Part shown: positions 39,368-43,366 of the stretch, piece after piece
How positions within the stretch are numbered: position 1 is the stretch's first letter
Layout: each line of letters begins with the position of its first letter
Assembly: GCA_035400805.1 (NCBI GenBank)
Contig: DAONAB010000001.1
Location: 1 to 43,366 of the forward strand
Source of the DNA: Nitrospira sp.
GTDB lineage: Bacteria; Nitrospirota; Nitrospiria; Nitrospirales; Nitrospiraceae
DNA: 43,366 bases
Direction of reading: 5' to 3'
Made by a program: the position numbers and the translations under genes
The notes under the pieces: generated by a model
Database searches by the model: none
The model's input: only the letters and a program-made list of their open reading frames with translations
Told to the model about the DNA's origin: nothing

Positions 39368-41007
39368 TGGAGGGCCTTTATCCACTGGACGAAGTCACCT
39401 CACTGCTCCAGCAGTTGAGCGCGCGACGGGTGGCTATCGGGGATCCGGAGTTGCCCCCGGAGCTTCGCACCGCGTTGGGACAGGCTTACCTGGTTCCGGT
39501 GAAGTGGAATGGCGTGACCGAAGTCATTCTCTACCTCTCAGTTGAATTCCCGGATGAACGTCCGATTGTATACTTCAAGGCCACGGACCTCCCCAAATGC
39601 GTCGTCCCTCACGTTAATCGAGACGGGCAGATTTGCACGCTGCCCATCGGTGCGGTCGTGAACCCATTTCGACCCGCAGCCCAGATCGTCGCGGTCCTAC
39701 AAAACGCGCAGAAGGTGGTCGAGACGCAGTACCCACCGGATGAATTTCTGACCGAGGTCGAACAAGAACTGGTTGCATATTGGGGCGGGAGTGAGCCGAT
39801 CCTGTTCTTGACTGATGCGACGTTGGAGTCCCATCGGATTGTGCACGTGGACTTGGCCGAGGCGATAAACAAAGCCACGAAGAAACGGGTCAGTTTCCTT
39901 GGGCCGATGCCGAGCGGGATCCGCGACGGCATGCAGGTCGGTTTAGTGCTGGACATCCCGCGCGCGCACCTTATCGATTTTCTCAACGACCCCGCGAGGA
40001 CGATAAGCCAAGAGGCGTCCTGGAGACAGTCTTGTGCGTTGTTGGCTGACATCCTGTCGCAGCGCGACCATTCGCGGAAAATGATTACCGCCTTTGTTCT
40101 CGCAAGATGTGAAACGAGCAATGGCCAAGCATGGCTCGGAGGACTTCTCCAAGATCCGCTCCATATCGCGAAAGACCGACGTCAGAACGAGGAGCGCTTG
40201 GTCAATCTGCCGCTTCGCTCACGGTTTCACAGGTGTGCTATCGACAGTCTACGTACGGAGAGACTGCTTCGACGGATCGAGGGACCCGGTGCAAACACCT
40301 GCCTGATGGACAAGTCAGTCGCCCTTGTCGGTTGCGGCTCGCTCGGAAGCTTTATGGCTGATCTGCTTGTTCGATCGGGGGTCCAGCGGATGCTGCTTGT
40401 AGACAAGGAGTCACTTGAGTCAGCCAACCTCGCCCGGCACATCCTTGATGCAACGGGGCTTTTCTTGCCTAAGGCCAGCCAGCTTTGTTCGCGGCTCAGA
40501 CAACGCTTCCCCGAGAGCAATGTCGAACCATTTGTGTCGGACGTGCGGCGTCCAGAAGGTATCAAGAAACTCGCGGAGTTCGGAAGCGCGATGAATCTCA
40601 TCGCCACAGGGGAGACAAACACGGACATGACGCTTTCTGAGCTCTGCAGACGAGGCCGGATTGGCGCCTGTTGTTTCGTTTGGGTGGAGTCCGGGTTGCG
40701 AGGATGTCATGTTATTTACCAGCCCGCGCGTCACTCGCATACTCTCACCGACCTGCATGGCCCGGGAGCAGATGGTCGCTACCTTTACCTTCACAGACTG
40801 ATAGGGGATCCCGACAAGGAAGTGTGTCACGAACACGCGTGCCAGTTCACGTTCACGCCTTACTCGGCCATCGACCTAGCCGCGTTTGCCGCGGTAGCCA
40901 CCCGCAAAGTCGTAGAATGGCTGAATCAGCCCCCCCAGGAACTGCAGATACTCCGTTGGCGAGCGGAGAGCTGCAACCAGTGGGAAACCCTCGAGATCCT
41001 CGGATGA
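39367..41007 (+). CDS. cap2: CBASS E2-E1 (ThiF) ubiquitin-transferase-like protein
   Basis: E2-like EFPDERP...PHVNRDGQIC; ThiF VALVGCGSLGS, VDKESLESANLARH, ACQFTFTPYS; TAATG overlap with the CD-NTase stop. Confidence 0.9.
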   Translation: MEGLYPLDEVTSLLQQLSARRVAIGDPELPPELRTALGQAYLVPVKWNGVTEVILYLSVEFPDERPIVYFKATDLPKCVVPHVNRDGQICTLPIGAVVNPFRPAAQIVAVLQNAQKVVETQYPPDEFLTEVEQELVAYWGGSEPILFLTDATLESHRIVHVDLAEAINKATKKRVSFLGPMPSGIRDGMQVGLVLDIPRAHLIDFLNDPARTISQEASWRQSCALLADILSQRDHSRKMITAFVLARCETSNGQAWLGGLLQDPLHIAKDRRQNEERLVNLPLRSRFHRCAIDSLRTERLLRRIEGPGANTCLMDKSVALVGCGSLGSFMADLLVRSGVQRMLLVDKESLESANLARHILDATGLFLPKASQLCSRLRQRFPESNVEPFVSDVRRPEGIKKLAEFGSAMNLIATGETNTDMTLSELCRRGRIGACCFVWVESGLRGCHVIYQPARHSHTLTDLHGPGADGRYLYLHRLIGDPDKEVCHEHACQFTFTPYSAIDLAAFAAVATRKVVEWLNQPPQELQILRWRAESCNQWETLEILG

Positions 41008-41468
41008 GGATTTGCCTTCAGCCTGCCGGCCCCATCGAATTGCCAGAGGCCACTATCGGATTCCTGCGTCGCCACGTTCAGTTGAGATTTGCTTTTGAGA
41101 CCGGAGGTGTATTGGCCGGGTTTCTGCGAAAGGACGACGTTTGGGTCATCTCTCACCCGATGCAGCCCTCGCCTCGAAATCGCGCAGGACGCTTCTGGCT
41201 CAAACGAAATCGTGGCGACGCTCAGAAGTTCGTGGACGACGTCTATTACGAGACTGGCGGAATCGTGAACTACCTCGGTGAATGGCACACACATCCTGAG
41301 CCGACTCCCTCTCCCTCGGGCGAGGACCGCAAGATGTTTCGAGATCTTTTCCGGACAAGCCGGCTTGAGATTCATTTCTTGATCGGCGTGATCGTGGGGA
41401 CATCGGGAACGCTCTGTGTTTGGTGTCAACAATGCGATGGGGGCTTTGCCTCGGCGATTGTGCGGTAA
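41004..41468 (+). CDS. cap3: CBASS JAB/MPN isopeptidase
   Basis: ETGGVLAG and YLGEWHTHPEPTPSPSGED (JAMM motif); ATGA overlap with the cap2 stop; 3' part of track ORF 40671..41468. Confidence 0.9.
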   Translation: MRICLQPAGPIELPEATIGFLRRHVQLRFAFETGGVLAGFLRKDDVWVISHPMQPSPRNRAGRFWLKRNRGDAQKFVDDVYYETGGIVNYLGEWHTHPEPTPSPSGEDRKMFRDLFRTSRLEIHFLIGVIVGTSGTLCVWCQQCDGGFASAIVR

Positions 41469-41653
41469 GCGATCAAAGGGCCACCTCTGCTGTCTTGCGT
41501 TCTTGCAGGTGGCTAATTGCCCGTCATCGATGGTGTCGCGATTGCATGAAAGCGACTGCCCGTGGGTATGGATTCTGTCGCTTGACACCAAGCACATGCA
41601 CGCCACTCCTGGACTTCAACGACAAGACGTGCATCGCGGCGAGGGTTCCGCGC

Positions 41654-41668
41654 GTGTCTGCGATACAC
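41654..41668. promoter_or_regulatory. GTGT-N7-ACAC palindrome upstream of excisionase-like gene
   Basis: GTGTCTGCGATACAC, same length and arms as 3431-3445 and 43152-43166. Confidence 0.5.
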
Positions 41669-41703
41669 CACTGCTTGCCCCAGATTGGCCTATCCTTCCT
41701 GGC

Positions 41704-42096
41704 ATGAACGCTGACGAGCAGCAGGCGGAGTTCATGAGTTGGAAGATCGCGCCAGCGCGGCTGAACGCGACTCAGGCGGCATGGTACCTCGGCTTCGAGC
41801 AGCACGAGATCGCCATGCTGGTTGGCGAGGGCCTGCTCAAGCCGCTCGGGCACCCGGCACGCAACGCCGCCAAGTTTTTTGCCACACAGACCCTGGACCA
41901 GTTGCGTCGCGACGAGAAGTGGCTTGCCCGTGCGACGGATGCCATCGCGGACTATTGGCGACAGCAAAACGCCCGCAAGCGGGGAGCCTGCGGGCGTGGC
42001 GGTGTCACGAGAGGCAAGGCAATCAGGCGAGCTACCCCTGCGGCGGAGAGGGCTGCTGCTCTGCCGACGACACCGGCGCCGGTTGGAACGGAATGA
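41704..42096 (+). CDS. small DNA-binding protein, putative excisionase/recombination directionality factor
   Basis: ARLNATQAAWYLGFEQHEIAMLVGEGLLKPLG...KFFA resembles a MerR/Xis-type winged HTH; adjacent and convergent to the integrase. Confidence 0.65.
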   Translation: MNADEQQAEFMSWKIAPARLNATQAAWYLGFEQHEIAMLVGEGLLKPLGHPARNAAKFFATQTLDQLRRDEKWLARATDAIADYWRQQNARKRGACGRGGVTRGKAIRRATPAAERAAALPTTPAPVGTE

Positions 42097-43105
42097 CGTT
42101 CCCGGCTGCCGCCTGTTTCTCGTAGTTCTCCAGGGACGGCAGCTTCACCTTGGCCTTGCGCGAATAGGCGCGATGGACGGCCTTGCTGTTGTGACCCAGG
42201 GCCTCCTGCGCGAACCGCTCCGGGTAACCGCATTGCCTCGCACGCTCGGCCCAAGCGTATCGGTAACAGTGCAGCGTCACGCCATGTACTCCGGCGCGGC
42301 GACAGACGCGCGTGAACTCGGTCGCGCGATGTCCGGAATTCAGCTTCCGCAGCTTCGGGAAGAACGCCCCGGTCGTTGGAAGCGTTCTGAGAACGGCTTC
42401 AACCTCGTCGCCGAAATGGATCATCGAAACCGTCCGCGTCTTCTTGCGGGCAAAGCTGATGACCCTCGCCGGCCAGTCCACATTCTCGGCGCCGAGGAAG
42501 GCCACGTCCGATTGCGATGCGCCGAGCAACCAGCAGAGTTGGTAAAACGCCTTCCGATCGGGATTCGGTTCGTGAGCCAGGATCGCCTGGTGCTCCTCGG
42601 GTGTGATGGCGCGCTTCTCGCGGAAGCTGATTTTGGGCCAGTGTTTCTTCGGGATCAAAGGCCAGGGGAGCCAGCCCATGTCCAAAGCGAAGTTGTGGAC
42701 ACGGCGGAGGAAGACGTTGGTCGAAACCGTGCCGACCTCCATCACCTTCAGCAGGTGCTCAGGACGGGTTTCGAGCAGGGGCAGGTCGCGGATGAGGTCG
42801 AAGGCATCGTCCTTCAGCACCCGCAGCCAGCGGTCGCGCGTCGCGCCCTTCTTCGTCTTCCCGATTTCTTCGAGAGGAACGCGCCAGGGGCGCTCGATGG
42901 CTCCGGGGTCTGACGCGGCCAGGTAGGTGCGGGCGATGTGCAGGTTGAGTTGCGGTTGGCGGACGGATTCGTTCCGGGCATTCAGCAGCGCCAGGGCTTC
43001 CGGACGATTGCGGGTTCCGAGGCTTTCCTGCTTTCGGGTCTCGGTGTCTTCGAGGTAGAACATGCCACCGCGCTTGCGGCGGTAGAGGATGAATCGGCGT
43101 TTCAT
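42032..43105 (-). CDS. tyrosine recombinase / integrase
   Basis: N-terminal arm-binding-like RKQESLGTRNRPEA; C-terminal VTLHCYRY (HxxR), EALGHNS, HRAY; located beside a tRNA 3' end. Confidence 0.9.
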   Translation of the reverse strand: MKRRFILYRRKRGGMFYLEDTETRKQESLGTRNRPEALALLNARNESVRQPQLNLHIARTYLAASDPGAIERPWRVPLEEIGKTKKGATRDRWLRVLKDDAFDLIRDLPLLETRPEHLLKVMEVGTVSTNVFLRRVHNFALDMGWLPWPLIPKKHWPKISFREKRAITPEEHQAILAHEPNPDRKAFYQLCWLLGASQSDVAFLGAENVDWPARVISFARKKTRTVSMIHFGDEVEAVLRTLPTTGAFFPKLRKLNSGHRATEFTRVCRRAGVHGVTLHCYRYAWAERARQCGYPERFAQEALGHNSKAVHRAYSRKAKVKLPSLENYEKQAAAGNVIPFQPAPVSSAEQQPSPPQG

Positions 43106-43151
43106 AGGCTCAGTTTTTCGCCGGAGCCTATGGAGTTTCGCGTGGCGTCAG

Positions 43152-43166
43152 GTGTATCCGCTACAC
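43152..43166. promoter_or_regulatory. GTGTA-N5-TACAC palindrome upstream of integrase
   Basis: GTGTATCCGCTACAC, 47-61 nt upstream of the integrase ATG. Confidence 0.55.
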
Positions 43167-43246
43167 GCGGCGGGCTGCGAATCCCGCCACTACCAGTGGT
43201 TGCCGAGTACTGCCGGGGTTTTCGATGCGTATTGGCCCGGTTTTGA

Positions 43247-43270
43247 TTTCACTGGCACTTTCACTGGCAC
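43247..43270. repeat. 12-bp perfect tandem repeat, putative integrase arm-type sites
   Basis: TTTCACTGGCAC x2, 48 nt inside the tRNA 3' end. Confidence 0.65.
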
Positions 43271-43318
43271 TTGCCGTCTCTGGAATCTGCAACTCTTTGA
43301 GGAACAAACCGTTGGAGT

Positions 43319-43366
43319 TGGAGGCGAGGGTCGGAATCGAACCGACGCATAAGGGTTTTGCAGACC
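43319..43366 (-). tRNA. trnC: tRNA-Cys(GCA), 3' part only (anticodon arm to CCA); likely att site
   Basis: Reverse complement GGTCTGCAAAACCCTTATGCGTCGGTTCGATTCCGACCCTCGCCTCCA: anticodon loop CT-GCA-AA, T arm GTCGG-TTCGATT-CCGAC, encoded CCA. Confidence 0.92.

Larger units (their letters stand above)
1..43366. mobile_element. tRNA-Cys-integrated genomic (defence) island; left end outside window
   Basis: tRNA 3' end, tandem repeat, integrase, excisionase-like gene, DarB-like gene, defence cargo and no housekeeping genes. The second att copy was not seen. Confidence 0.8.

Noticed and set aside
1-43366. CRISPR array, relaxase/T4SS or phage structural genes
   Set aside because: No spaced repeats or such motifs seen; the transfer mode of the island cannot be determined from this window.

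Overview
GC-rich bacterial genomic island anchored at the 3' end of a tRNA-Cys(GCA) at the right edge; the left boundary lies outside the window. The style of the integrase, HTH and TIR proteins suggests a Verrucomicrobia/PVC host, which is inference only. Mobility and backbone genes are a tyrosine recombinase, a convergent excisionase-like gene, an XRE regulator and a DarB-like methylase-helicase containing a nested TnpV-like gene. The cargo is almost all anti-phage defence. (i) A complete type II CBASS (patatin effector, CD-NTase, Cap2, Cap3). (ii) Divergent from it, a tightly packed ~27.6 kb seven-gene minus-strand operon: HTH-SNF2-DUF3883, REase-TPR-like protein, DUF1156 methylase, DUF499 ATPase, single-chain SIR2-APAZ-Argonaute, 2782-aa double-sacsin/GHKL protein, and a second SNF2 helicase. 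(iii) A TIR fusion gene running off the left edge that the ORF track missed. The seven-gene operon is the best candidate for an undescribed system. A 15-bp GTGT(A/C)-N5-TACAC palindrome recurs upstream of the XRE, excisionase-like and integrase genes. No CRISPR array, rRNA or conjugation genes were seen.
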